A stretch of DNA of 64,000 bases from the NCBI GenBank assembly GCA_965226885.1, contig CBDDEL010000015.1:96001-160000 (forward strand), written 5' to 3'. The translations under genes and the position numbers were made by a program. Under the pieces are notes generated by a model. It saw nothing but the letters and a program-made list of their open reading frames with translations. It was not told where the DNA came from and searched no databases. Below, in pieces: positions 45,601 through 55,889 of the stretch. Source of the DNA: Opitutales bacterium (GTDB taxonomy: Bacteria; Verrucomicrobiota; Verrucomicrobiia; Opitutales; UBA2987). The stretch's first letter is position 1. Each line of letters starts with the position of its first letter.

Positions 45601-47485
45601 CGTCCAATTGCCCGCACTCCATCTCGAAATCCTGCAACCGGATAACGGACCCATCCCGGAATTTCAATTTATAAGGCCTCTCACTGAGCACCTGTAGCCC
45701 CATGTTTTCCAGCATGGGCAAAACCTCGAATATGGGAATGACCTGCTCCCGGCGAATAATTTTCAGGCTCAGCTTGTTTTTTGAAAACGGCGGCGGCCGG
45801 TAAAGGATGAGGCGAAGATTTCCCGGCCCCGGCTCCAGCTTGGCCATTTGCGCGATATCCAGGGCGGCGTCCTGGGGCGCAACGTCTTCCCGATAAGCGG
45901 CCGGAAACGCTTTGCCGTAGCGACGGAAATGCCTGAGGCCTTCTTCCTCACCGAAATTATCCGTTAGGGCATCGCAAAGATTATCTTCCCAAGAGCGCAC
46001 CGTGGCGGCAATTTTCTGCTCGATGATGGGGACCTGCTCCTGAGGAAAAACCCAGGGTGTGGTGTGGATCGTAAAATGTACGCGGGCCAGGACGGACTCC
46101 GTCATAACCACACTCGATTTTACCCGTTTTCCCCGCAGAGCCATCATCAGAATGGACTGCACCCGCTCGCGTATGCGAGTGTTATAACGATCGCGCGGGA
46201 TGAATACGAGGCAGGAAAAATAACGCCCGAATGCCTCTCTGCGAATAAAGAGCTTCACTCTTTGGCGTTCCTGCAGATGAAGAATACCGGTACAAGTTTC
46301 CAGCAATTCCTGGGCGGTGCTTTGAAATAGCTCGTCCCTGGGATAGGTATTGAGGATGTGGACGAGAGCTTTTCCGGCGTGACTGGTGGGGTCCATTTCA
46401 GAAAGGGCGAGGACTTTTTCGACCTTGTGGCGAAGGAGAGGTATCTGCTGTGGAGTGCTGCTGTAGGCGGCGGAAGTAAAAAGCCCCAGAAAACGCTTTT
46501 CGCCCACCATCCTGCCGTCCGCATCATAATCTTTGACAGCTATGTAATCGAGGTCACCGGGCCGATGCACCGTCGCTTGCAGGTTGGCTTTGGTAAGAAC
46601 TAGGAGATTCTCGAACTGCCCTTGGCCCTGCCCCTCGCGCGACAAGGCATGATTGCTTTGGTATTTCTTATCGTCCTTGTCGCGTAATATTCCCAGCCCG
46701 GATTGGTGAGCCCGGTAAAGGACATCTTTCTCTTCCCCGGTCTCATATTTATATTCTCGATAACCCAGAAAGATAAAATTATCTTCCTCCATCCATTTGA
46801 CGAAAGCCAAGCATTCGGCCACCAATTCGGAATCCAGAGGCGGTGGGTTGAACTCGAGTTCATTGCAAATATTGCGCGCCTTAACCCTCATCTGCTGCCA
46901 GTCCTCGATCGATGCGCGCACATCCCGCATGGCCTCGGCAATATCGGTTTCCAACTGCTCGATAAATTCCGGGGCCGTCACCTGATCGATCTCGAAGTGC
47001 ATGAAAGACTCCAGCAAGCCATCGCCTTCGCCATTGCCCACATCCCCATTAGACTCAATCACTTCAACCAGGCGCCCTTCCGGGTCGCGCCGCACCCGCA
47101 TTATCGGGTGGATCGTCAAGTGGATGGACAAGCCATGCTTGTTGACCGCCATGCCCAGAGAATCGACCAGGAACGGCATGTCGTCGTTGACCATTTCAAT
47201 AACCGTGTGATTGGACTCCCACCCGCTTTTTGACCGTGTGGGGTTAAAGATGCGCAGGATCGTTTCTCCCGTCCGGCGAACGCTGCCAAAGCGCAAATGT
47301 CCCAAAGCGCTCTGGCCAAGATCGGCCGCCTGATACTCCATAAGGTCTTCCTCCGCTACCGACTGGTAATAACGGCGAACGAATGTTTCCGCCAAAGAGG
47401 GAGGCAAATCGCCAGGGCTGGACCGGGCGAAATCCAGAGTTTCACTGAGCAGTTGGGGTTTCACCTGTTCTAGTTGCGCACGCAT
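42644..47485 (-). CDS. gdhB: Large NAD-specific glutamate dehydrogenase
   Basis: ARGGLRWSDR, VKNTVIVP.GAKGGF, AADKGTATFSD, GGSVGYDHK; 1613 aa. Confidence 0.95.
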   Translation of the reverse strand: MRAQLEQVKPQLLSETLDFARSSPGDLPPSLAETFVRRYYQSVAEEDLMEYQAADLGQSALGHLRFGSVRRTGETILRIFNPTRSKSGWESNHTVIEMVNDDMPFLVDSLGMAVNKHGLSIHLTIHPIMRVRRDPEGRLVEVIESNGDVGNGEGDGLLESFMHFEIDQVTAPEFIEQLETDIAEAMRDVRASIEDWQQMRVKARNICNELEFNPPPLDSELVAECLAFVKWMEEDNFIFLGYREYKYETGEEKDVLYRAHQSGLGILRDKDDKKYQSNHALSREGQGQGQFENLLVLTKANLQATVHRPGDLDYIAVKDYDADGRMVGEKRFLGLFTSAAYSSTPQQIPLLRHKVEKVLALSEMDPTSHAGKALVHILNTYPRDELFQSTAQELLETCTGILHLQERQRVKLFIRREAFGRYFSCLVFIPRDRYNTRIRERVQSILMMALRGKRVKSSVVMTESVLARVHFTIHTTPWVFPQEQVPIIEQKIAATVRSWEDNLCDALTDNFGEEEGLRHFRRYGKAFPAAYREDVAPQDAALDIAQMAKLEPGPGNLRLILYRPPPFSKNKLSLKIIRREQVIPIFEVLPMLENMGLQVLSERPYKLKFRDGSVIRLQDFEMECGQLDAFETKEVDGIFKDAFIQTWLGLMENDGFNKLVLRSRLTSRQTTLLRAYCKYLLQTGVPFSQAYMEKALESNHEVARLLIQLFENRFEPKKITKKQRQGKDSSLSKTFQQSLRKVRSLDEDRILRSFFDVIKATLRTNYFQTGEKGAFKPCLSIKMDPRQIPNLPEPRPMFEIFVYSPRFEGIHLRGGRIARGGLRWSDRREDFRTEVLGLMKAQVVKNTVIVPDGAKGGFVAKQLPPTGDRNEVMAEVVQCYRGFVSGLLDLTDNINEKGILRPEQTVCLDRDDPYLVVAADKGTATFSDIANEISHQYGFWLGDAFASGGSVGYDHKVMGITARGAWESAKRHFREMGRDPQKEDITVVGIGDMAGDVFGNGLLQSRHLKLQAAFNHMHIFLDPNPDPEKSYLERERLFKLPRSTWADYNGGLISKGGGVFSRDEKEIHLNSILQKMLGLEEASLNPNALIRAILKLEADLLWNGGIGTYCKASTESNAEVGDHANEGLRVDGRQLRCKVVGEGGNLGFTQLGRVEYALMGGRINADFIDNVGGVDCSDREVNIKILLNKALLQGSLGEDERKKLLHEMTDEVASLVVLGNYRQTQAISMMESTAVERLNEHAFLIRALERDGFLNRELEFLPSDATIEERKKAGLGLTRPELSVLLSYAKITTYNDLIESSVPEDSYLAQELEIYFPMPLHKPYRDLMESHTLRREIIVMLATNSMAHRMGPTFAYRMQEETGADIARITRAYTIAREVFDARSLWKEIESLDNAIDASMQYGIMVDISRNLKHVTRWLLQSPGRCVNIQEAVSAYKPGMDVLVGKLSQLLARPEKFITTAQGLQENGVSENIARRIAGLEFMYSALDITEVAAGGAADLEWLAACYFDAGVQVQLNWLRSQIENLQVEGHWQAVARGTLRENIYQLQRDLVVRITARNGGGKRSPAEAVAHWLQKHRDSFEHALKSLEDMKASEPLDFATLSVALQVIGKLL

Positions 47486-47582
47486 GGAGTTGAGAATGAT
47501 TTATCGACATAATCATTCCAAAATTAATCGGAAGGTGGGGCGAGGTAGTAGAGTCCACAAATTTTACGACACAGCAATAGCC

Positions 47583-47611
47583 TTGCCATTAAACCGGTCA
47601 AAACCTATACT
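47583..47611 (+). promoter_or_regulatory. Sigma70-like promoter
   Basis: TTGCCA-17 bp-TATACT, 38 bp before ATG 47649. Confidence 0.55.
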
Positions 47612-47648
47612 GGGCCTTTTCTTCATTCCGAGCAAGCCCGCTTTTAGC

Positions 47649-49856
47649 ATGAAATTCTCAAACCTCTCTCAATGTTTTTGTGCAGTTCTTTTAGGTTCCT
47701 TCCAATTGCTGATGGCAGACGATCCCACTATCCGCCACAAAATCTACCAAGCGCCGCCCGGTCCGCCCCCTACCCAGGGACCAACTGAAAAACAAAAGCA
47801 AGCGCCCACCAAGCAGCCATCCGCTACAGCCGTGGGCACCCAATACCTCATTGGCGATCCCAGCGATGAGGAGCAACTGGTTCTGGAACTGATCAACCGC
47901 TCACGGGCCGACGCCAACGCCGAAGCCCAGCGCTACCTCAACATCCTGCAAAACAACCTCAATGCGGATATTGTCAGCTCGGTCGATTTTTTCGCACAAA
48001 CCTTGATTACGAGTGTTGCGGAAGGCGAGCGCTACAACACCTTTCTGACCGCCATGGTGGACCAGTTTGCGCTTCAGCCGCAAAATCAACCTCCCTTGTC
48101 ATTCAATTCCGATTTGATTGATGCGGCCAGGATTCACAGCAATGATATGTTTCAAAACGCCTTCCAGTCCCATACCGGCACGGACGGCAGAAGCTCCAGC
48201 CAGCGAATGGGTGACGAGGGTTATCCACAGACGGGGTTTCGGGGAGAGAACATCTTCGCTTTTTCCGATAGCGCCGAGCAAGGCCACGCCGGCTTCGACA
48301 TCGATTGGGGGACAAGCGGGACTACTGGATTGAATGAAAACGGCATGCAATCGCCGCCGGGGCACCGCAATAACATCCATAGTTCGAATTTCACCGAAAT
48401 TGGCATCGGAGTAACCCTTGGGGTCAATACGGTTAACAACACCACGGTGGGGCCGTTCGTTCTCACCCAGGATATGGGTTCGCGCTCCGATATCACACCA
48501 TTCATCACCGGGGTGGCCTATTATGACATTAATGGGAACGATTTTTACGATTTGGGCGAAGGGCTCAGCGGCATCACGGTGGAAGTGGCCGGAAACGACT
48601 TTTTCGCCATCACCACGACCAGCGGCGCATATTCGGTGCCTGTCCCGGGAGACGGTTCCTATTCCGTCACTTACTCGGGAACGGGTTTTGATGATGTCAT
48701 GGAAACGGTGGACATCAGCGGGGAAGCGAGCGAAAAAGTCGATTATACCCCCGTTTACAATGAGCCGGTCATCACCCCGCCCGCCATCGTGGCCGTCGGA
48801 TCCAACAATAGCTTTCAATTTACCACGGTGGGCGGCGCCACCGGTTACAATATCAGAGAATCCACCCTTTTGGGCGGAACTCCGACCGAAGACGCCGAGG
48901 ACAACGGAACCAATTGGACCATCGAGCCCGCTGATCCCGGCTATAATATTGTGCAAACATTTGATGTTCCACCTGGCGGCGGGTCGAGGGCGTTCCACCT
49001 CGCCCACCCCGATTTTGTGAATCAGGTTTACACCCTTTCGCGCACCTTTTTCCCGGGGGCTTCGAGCAGCCTGCAATTTCAAAGCAGGCTTGGCCTGGCT
49101 ACCACAGGAGAGTTCGCCATTATAGAAGTTTCCGTAGATGGGGGCAGCAGTTGGGAGGAAGTATTCAGCCAGGCCGGAACGAATAGCTCTAGTGAGTCCA
49201 GCTTCAGGCAGGCAACCGTTCCTCTTTCCGATTTTCAAGATAAAGCCATAAATATCCGTTTCTTCTTTAAGACCACGGGAAGCCTTTTCACAAACCCACC
49301 CAATGAAACCGGCTGGTATTTTGACAATATCACCCTGACCGATACCCAGGAATTGGGCGGCGTGGTGGAAGGTGAAATCGGGCCCGGCTCCTCCTTCACC
49401 TTCAATCCGGAAGCGGTAGGAACTTTTCTTTTGCAGGTGCAAGCCATTAACAACGATCGCTTTTTCCCCTTCGGACCGGCCATCGTCGTGCAATCGGAAA
49501 TCTCGACCGGTTCAACGGATGTCTTCCGGGGCGAACCCATCGACGAGTTCCCCGGTTGGATGGCTTCGGCCTGGTACAAGAATTACAACATCGATATTTG
49601 GCCCTGGATTTTCCACGACGAACACCACTGGCAGTTTGTCGACTCGGGGAGCAGCGAATCGGTTATTTTCCTATGGGACCTCGGTTTGGAGCAATGGATT
49701 TTCCTGAATGAAAATACCTACCGCTGGATCTTCATCTTCGGGGGCGACAACACCGGCTGGGCCTTCACCTTCAACGACAACAGGCCGGGACGCCGCTTCT
49801 TCGCCAGGCTCGATGGCAGCCTCTCCAGCGTCCCCCCGGATTTACCCGTGAATTGA
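47649..49856 (+). CDS. Secreted CAP/SCP-domain protein with beta-sandwich modules and Trp-rich C-terminal domain
   Basis: Signal peptide; ELINRSR, AARIHS.DM, GENI, GHRNNI, EIGIG; C-terminal WPWIFHDEH domain. Confidence 0.85.
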   Translation: MKFSNLSQCFCAVLLGSFQLLMADDPTIRHKIYQAPPGPPPTQGPTEKQKQAPTKQPSATAVGTQYLIGDPSDEEQLVLELINRSRADANAEAQRYLNILQNNLNADIVSSVDFFAQTLITSVAEGERYNTFLTAMVDQFALQPQNQPPLSFNSDLIDAARIHSNDMFQNAFQSHTGTDGRSSSQRMGDEGYPQTGFRGENIFAFSDSAEQGHAGFDIDWGTSGTTGLNENGMQSPPGHRNNIHSSNFTEIGIGVTLGVNTVNNTTVGPFVLTQDMGSRSDITPFITGVAYYDINGNDFYDLGEGLSGITVEVAGNDFFAITTTSGAYSVPVPGDGSYSVTYSGTGFDDVMETVDISGEASEKVDYTPVYNEPVITPPAIVAVGSNNSFQFTTVGGATGYNIRESTLLGGTPTEDAEDNGTNWTIEPADPGYNIVQTFDVPPGGGSRAFHLAHPDFVNQVYTLSRTFFPGASSSLQFQSRLGLATTGEFAIIEVSVDGGSSWEEVFSQAGTNSSSESSFRQATVPLSDFQDKAINIRFFFKTTGSLFTNPPNETGWYFDNITLTDTQELGGVVEGEIGPGSSFTFNPEAVGTFLLQVQAINNDRFFPFGPAIVVQSEISTGSTDVFRGEPIDEFPGWMASAWYKNYNIDIWPWIFHDEHHWQFVDSGSSESVIFLWDLGLEQWIFLNENTYRWIFIFGGDNTGWAFTFNDNRPGRRFFARLDGSLSSVPPDLPVN

Positions 49857-50476
49857 TTGAGTCTGGTTTGGACCAATCAGAACGCAATCCCTCCTCGTTT
49901 TGCGGGATTACTGGTGCAGTACGTTTGACATCAGGGAAAAAGTAGAACACCTTAAGAAACACCATATGCAAATAGCTTTTGCTAATCACTGCGTTAATCT
50001 CTAACGTTTAATGATTATCATGCCGACAAAACACCCTTACCTCTCAATATTCAGTTATCGAATTGCCTTCATTATCAATATCTTACTGATATTGAACACA
50101 GCCACCCATGCCCAAACGGTCGAAATACCCGATAGCAATCTGAAGGCGGCCATCCGCAACACTCTGGGAATTCCCACGGCTGAATTGACCTCGTCTGACT
50201 TGGCTAACCTGACTACCCTTGTGGCGACAGACTCAAATATTACCGACCTGACCGGCCTGGAGGCAGCCGTGAACCTGACTACGCTTAATCTCAATGACAA
50301 CCAGATCAATGACCTCAGCGCCTTGAGCGGCCTCACTAACCTGACAGAGTTAAACCTTCGATTCATCAACGCTTCCCGTCTAAACCGGACCATCGATCTC
50401 AGTGCCCTGAGCAGACTCACCAGTCTGACATTGCTAGTCTTCTCCCACAACCAGATCAACGATATTAGTGCCCTAA

Positions 50477-52043
50477 CCCGGATATTTCGTAAAAAAAGTA
50501 TCGTTGATATGCTTAACTGCTGATATACAGCAGGATAGATCAATAATTAAAGCAATATCAGCGATGACAAAAGGTAAACAATTAAAGCTACAGTTGACAA
50601 GGGTAAAAGGCCGCCGTGTGCGGGTTGATTTCAAGGGCGGAGAGGTTACTTCGGATGCCGGACTGCTTTTGATCCGGGAAGTGGATCGGCAGTTGGGCTT
50701 GACCGAACGAGCGGCCCGACAGTTAGTGGACAAACGGCAGAAGGGCAAAGTACGCCATGAGGTCTTGGGGATGCTGCGGCAGCGCGTTTACGGGCTGGTG
50801 GCGGGCTATGAGGATTTGAACGACTTTGATACCCTGCGCCACGATCCATTGTTGCAAACGGTAACGGGGCGCATTGAAACGTTGGCCAGCGCGCCGACTT
50901 TGTGTCGTTTTGAAAACGGGCAGGATCGGCGGGCGGCCTTTGCGGTAAACGAGCTGTTGGTCGAACAGTTCATGGGCTCCTTTGCCGAGGAACCCGAAGA
51001 GATCATCCTGGACTTTGACGCCACCGACAATCCGGTGCACGGGCTCCAGGAGGGACGTTTTTTCCACGGTTATTATGATCATTACTGTTTTCTGCCGCTA
51101 TATGTTTTTTGCGGTGATCAGCTGCTGGTGGCCTACCTGCGGCCGAGCAAGATCGATGCCAGCAAGCATGCCGGGGCCATCCTCAAATTGCTGGTTAAAC
51201 GGATTCGCCAAAGCTGGCCCCGTACGCGGATTATTTGGCGCGCCGACAGTGGATTTTGTCGAGACCGGATACTCTCTTGGTGCGACCGCAACGAAGTTAG
51301 TTACATCGTGGGGATGGCTCGCAATGCACGCTTGCAGCAAGACGCCCAGCAGTTGCAAAAGCAGGCCAAAGAATGGTTCGAACTAAGGGGTAAAAAACAA
51401 CGGTTATTCCAGGACTTCGTCTATGCTGCCGATTCGTGGCGATGGCTGCGGTTGGTCATCCATAAAGCCGAACACACCGCACAGGGGTCCAACCCGCGCT
51501 TCGTGGTGACGAACCTGCCGGGCGATCCCCAGGAGCTTTACGACAAGGTATACTGTGGCCGCGGTGAAATGGAGAACCGAATCAAGGAACAGATGCAATT
51601 GTTCAGCGAGCGCACCAGCGCCCATCAATGGTGGGCCAATCAGTGCCGATTGCTCTTGTCGGCGCTGGCCTACACCTTGATGGAAGCCATGCGCCGGTTA
51701 GCCTTAAAAGGGACGAAGTGGGCGCGGGCCCAATGCCACACCCTGCGGCTCAAATTAATCAAGATCGGAGCGGTCATCGTGCGCAACACCCGAACGATTC
51801 ACTTTCACCTAAGTGAGAGTTATCCTTGGGCCAGTCTTCTCAACCATGCGGCCCGCCGATTGGTGCCAACCTAAAGGGTGCATTGGTGCTGCCCCCGGCA
51901 CTACCGAACCAATGGGGGAAAGGGGGCAGTGTCTCTACACCCTGAAAAACACCTAAAAATCAAGACGATCTGCTCAAAATACAAAGAAATCCATCTCCAA
52001 TAGCAATAACGAGCCAAACTTTACCCTTCATGAAATATCCGGG
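50477..52043 (+). mobile_element. IS1380-family element copy 1
   Basis: Ends CCCGGATATTTC/GAAATATCCGGG; TSDAGLL, LDFDAT, RADSGF, RGEMENRIKE; duplication CTAA. Confidence 0.96.
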
Positions 52044-52239
52044 CTAAGTGGGCTCACCAGCCTGACAAGTTTAGACCTCAGTTACAACCAAATCAGCGAT
52101 CTCAACGCTTTAAGCGGACTCACCAACTTGATAGAGTTAAACCTCAACAATTTCAGTGGCCAGAGTGATATTTTCGACCTGACAGGATTAAATCCCAACC
52201 CGATCATTGATCTCAGTGCTCTAAGCGGGCTCACCAACC

Positions 52240-53564
52240 TGACGTGTACTGGATTTGTTGGACACGGGATTCTCTTATATTCATTGTTTATTGATTAGTG
52301 TGTCAGGCGGCTTGTTTTGGTAAAGGGTTTTGTTTTCTCGTTGCCCCCCATGGGGGGCAAATATTTTCCTCGAATTGGACTGGGCTTTGGTAACTCAGAG
52401 AGGAATGTTTGCGATATCGGTTGTAGAAGATTTCCACGTATTCGAAGACAGTTGATCGCAGTTCGCGCTCGTCGGCAAAGTGGCGGCCTCGAATCGTGCT
52501 GGTCTTGAAGCGGCCGTAGAACGATTCCATGGCCGCGTTGTCGTAGCAGTTGCCTTGGGCGCTCATGCTCGGCTTCATGCCTAGTTCAGAGACCAGCCTC
52601 TGATAGTCGTCGCTGGCGTAGGGGCTGCCCCGATCGCTGTGATGAATAATCCCGGTGCGCAGTGTGCCGCGGGTCATGGCCGCGGCTTTGAGGGCCTTGC
52701 CAACCAGCTTCGCGTCGTTGTGGTTGGAAACGCTCCAGCCCAGCAGGCGTCGGCTGAACAGGTCCATCACCGTGGCCAAGTACATCCAACCGGCCAGGGT
52801 CCGTAGGTAGGTCGTGTCCGCCACCCAGACCTCGTCGATATGGGTCGGCTGGCCATGCTTTTTAAGCACATTGGGGCTGTAACCATAGGGATGGTTACTG
52901 TTGGTTTTTAATGGCTTAAAGCGTTTACTCTGGGTGCTTTTGATTCCCATTTCACGCATCAGACGCAGAGCCCGGTCACGGCCGCAATCGATGCCCTCAT
53001 CATCCTTCAGATGGCGGTGCATTGGCCGATGCCCATAGCGGCCCTTGGCCTCTTTGTGTACCTTCAGGATCGCCCCCTTGATTCCCTCGTCCTCGATCCG
53101 CCGGGCCGAGGGCGCTCGGTGCCTCCAGCAGTAATAGCCACTGCGACAAATCCCCATCGCCGAGCATATTTCCTCGATCTTGAAGCGCCCCTCGTTGTCT
53201 TTGACAAACTGGTACTTCATTGTTCGTCCTTGGCAAAGTAGCCCACCGTTTTTTTTAGTATCTGGTTGATCCGCTCCGAGCGGCGCAGCTCTTTGCGAAG
53301 ACGATCTATCTCGGCCGCCATCTCCTTCGGACTGCTCTGTCGCTTTGAGGTGGCTTCGCCCTGCTGATCGTCCAGATAGAGCCTCTTCCACCTATACAAT
53401 TGGTTGGTGTTGACCCCAAGTTTGGTCGATACCTCGGTGGCGCTCAGACCATCGAGTATCATCAGTTGAACTGCCTCATTTTTGAACTCTATACTGCGTC
53501 TTCTTCCCATGCTTCGATTCTCCATTTAGGAGAATCTCGTGTCCACTTTTTCCAGTGCACATCA
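52240..53564 (-). mobile_element. IS3-family element B, copy 3
   Basis: 1325 bp; duplication AACC. Confidence 0.97.
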
Positions 53565-54072
53565 AACCTGAAAGAATTAAACCTCGGTTTCAACGGGCTC
53601 AGGGATATTAGCGCCCTGAGCGGACTCACCAACCTTACAAGGTTAAGCCTCAACCAATTGCTAGACCCGGTCAGCCTCCTCTTTTCAGTCAACCGCAACC
53701 AGATTAGCGATATCAGCGTTTTAAATGGGCTCACTAACCTGACGAGATTAGACCTCAACTACAACCAGATCAGCGATCTCAGTCCCTTGAGCGAACTCAC
53801 TAACCTGACAGAGTTGTACCTCGGATTCAACCCGATCCGTGATATCAACGCTCTGAGCGAGCTCACCAGCCTAACAACTTTATACCTCTTCGAAAGCCAG
53901 ATCCGTGATATCAGCGCCCTGAGCGAGCTCACCGGCCTGACAACTTTATACCTCTTCGAAAGCCCGATCCGTGATATCAACGCTCTGAGCGAGCTCACCA
54001 GCCTGACAACTTTACACCTCTTCGAAAGCCAGATCCGTGATATCAGCGCCCTGAGTAAGCTCACAAGTCTAG

Positions 54073-55203
54073 CCCGGATATTTCGTAAAAAAAGTATCGT
54101 TGATATGCTTAACTGCTGATATACAGCAGGATAGATCAATAATTAAAGCAATATCAGCGATGACAAAAGGTAAACAATTAAAGCTACAGTTGACAAGGGT
54201 AAAAGGCCGCCGTGTGCGGGTTGATTTCAAGGGCGGAGAGGTTACTTCGGATGCCGGACTGCTTTTGATCCGGGAAGTGGATCGGCAGTTGGGCTTGACC
54301 GAACGAGCGGCCCGACAGTTAGTGGACAAACGGCAGAAGGGCAAAGTACGCCATGAGGTATTGGGGATGCTGCGGCAGCGCGTTTACGGGCTGGTGGCGG
54401 GCTATGAGGATTTGAACGACTTTGATACCCTGCGCCACGATCCATTGTTGCAAACGGTAACGGGGCGCATTGAAACGTTGGCCAGCGCGCCGACTTTGTG
54501 TCGTTTTGAAAACGGGCAGGATCGGCGGGCGGCCTTTGCGGTAAACGAGCTGTTGGTCGAACAGTTCATGGGCTCCTTTGCCGAGGAACCCGAAGAGATC
54601 ATCCTGGACTTTGACGCCACCGACAATCCGGTGCACGGGCTCCAGGAGGGACGTTTTTTCCACGGTTATTATGATCATTACTGTTTTCTGCCGCTATATG
54701 TTTTTTGCGGTGATCAGCTGCTGGTGGCCTACCTGCGGCCGAGCAAGATCGATGCCAGCAAGCATGCCGGGGCCATCCTCAAATTGCTGGTTAAACGGAT
54801 TCGCCAAAGCTGGCCCCGTACGCGGATTATTTGGCGCGCCGACAGTGGATTTTGTCGAGACCGGATACTCTCTTGGTGCGACCGCAACGAAGTTAGTTAC
54901 ATCGTGGGGATGGCTCGCAATGCACGCTTGCAGCAAGACGCCCAGCAGTTGCAAAAGCAGGCCAAAGAATGGTTCGAACTAAGGGGTAAAAAACAACGGT
55001 TATTCCAGGACTTCGTCTATGCTGCCGATTCGTGGCGATGGCTGCGGTTGGTCATCCATAAAGCCGAACACACCGCACAGGGGTCCAACCCGCGCTTCGT
55101 GGTGACGAACCTGCCGGGCGATCCCCAGGAGCTTTACGACAAGGTATACTGTGGCCGCGGTGAAATGGAGAACCGAATCAAGGAACAGATGCAATTGTTC
55201 AGC
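54073..55203 (+). mobile_element. IS1380-family element copy 2, right part deleted
   Basis: Near-identical to copy 1 up to ...GTTCAGC, then LRR sequence resumes. Confidence 0.93.
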
Positions 55204-55889
55204 TCGATAACAACCAGCTCAGCGATATCGGTGCTTTGGAGAGTTTGACCAATTTTCGGGATGACTCGTTGTTATCCGGTCCTGGTCTGCGACTGCAGAA
55301 TAATTTCATCAATGTGGCTCCCGGCTCGCCGCAGCGGCAAATCATCGACAACCTCAATACCATTGACGGGCTCACGGTGGAGTTTGAACCGCAAAAAGTT
55401 GATGTTTTCCTGGGTCAGCCCATCGACGGTTTGCCCGGCTGGTTGGCTTCCTCGTGGTATCTCGACTACAACATCGATTATTGGCCCTGGATATTCCACG
55501 ACGAGCATGGCTGGCAATATGTTGCGTCGTCCAGCACCAGCGATGTGATTTTCCTCTGGGACCTCGGTTTGGAGCAATGGGTGTTTCTGAATGAGGACTC
55601 CTATCGCTGGCTATACCTCTACGGGCCGAACGAGGGATGGATTTATGCGCTCGGGGACAATGCTTCGGGCCGCCGTTTCTTCCAAAGACTCGACAACGGC
55701 AGCCTCTTCAGCGTCCCCCCGGATTTGCTCGTGAATTGATTGAGTCTGGTTTGGCCCAATCAGAACGCAATCCCTCCTCGTTTTGCGGGATTACTGGTGC
55801 AGTACGTTTGAAATCATGGGAAAAATAGGACACTTTAAGAAACACCATTGCAAATAGCTTTTGCTAATCACTGCGTTTATCTCTAACGT

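Larger units (their letters stand above)
50011..55739 (+). pseudogene. Internalin-like LRR protein 1 interrupted by three ISs
   Basis: VEIPDSNL cap; 22-aa LRRs in 50011-50476, 52044-52239, 53565-54072 and from 55204; Trp-rich C-terminal domain. Confidence 0.9.

Noticed and set aside
48099..49493. Long antisense ORFs (also 9925-10911, 28313-29431, 32990-33781)
   Set aside because: Shadows of GC-rich coding genes on the opposite strand, with no protein motifs.
53400..54119. Stand-alone 239 aa LRR ORF
   Set aside because: Chimera of IS3-B antisense sequence, an LRR1 fragment and the IS1380 end.
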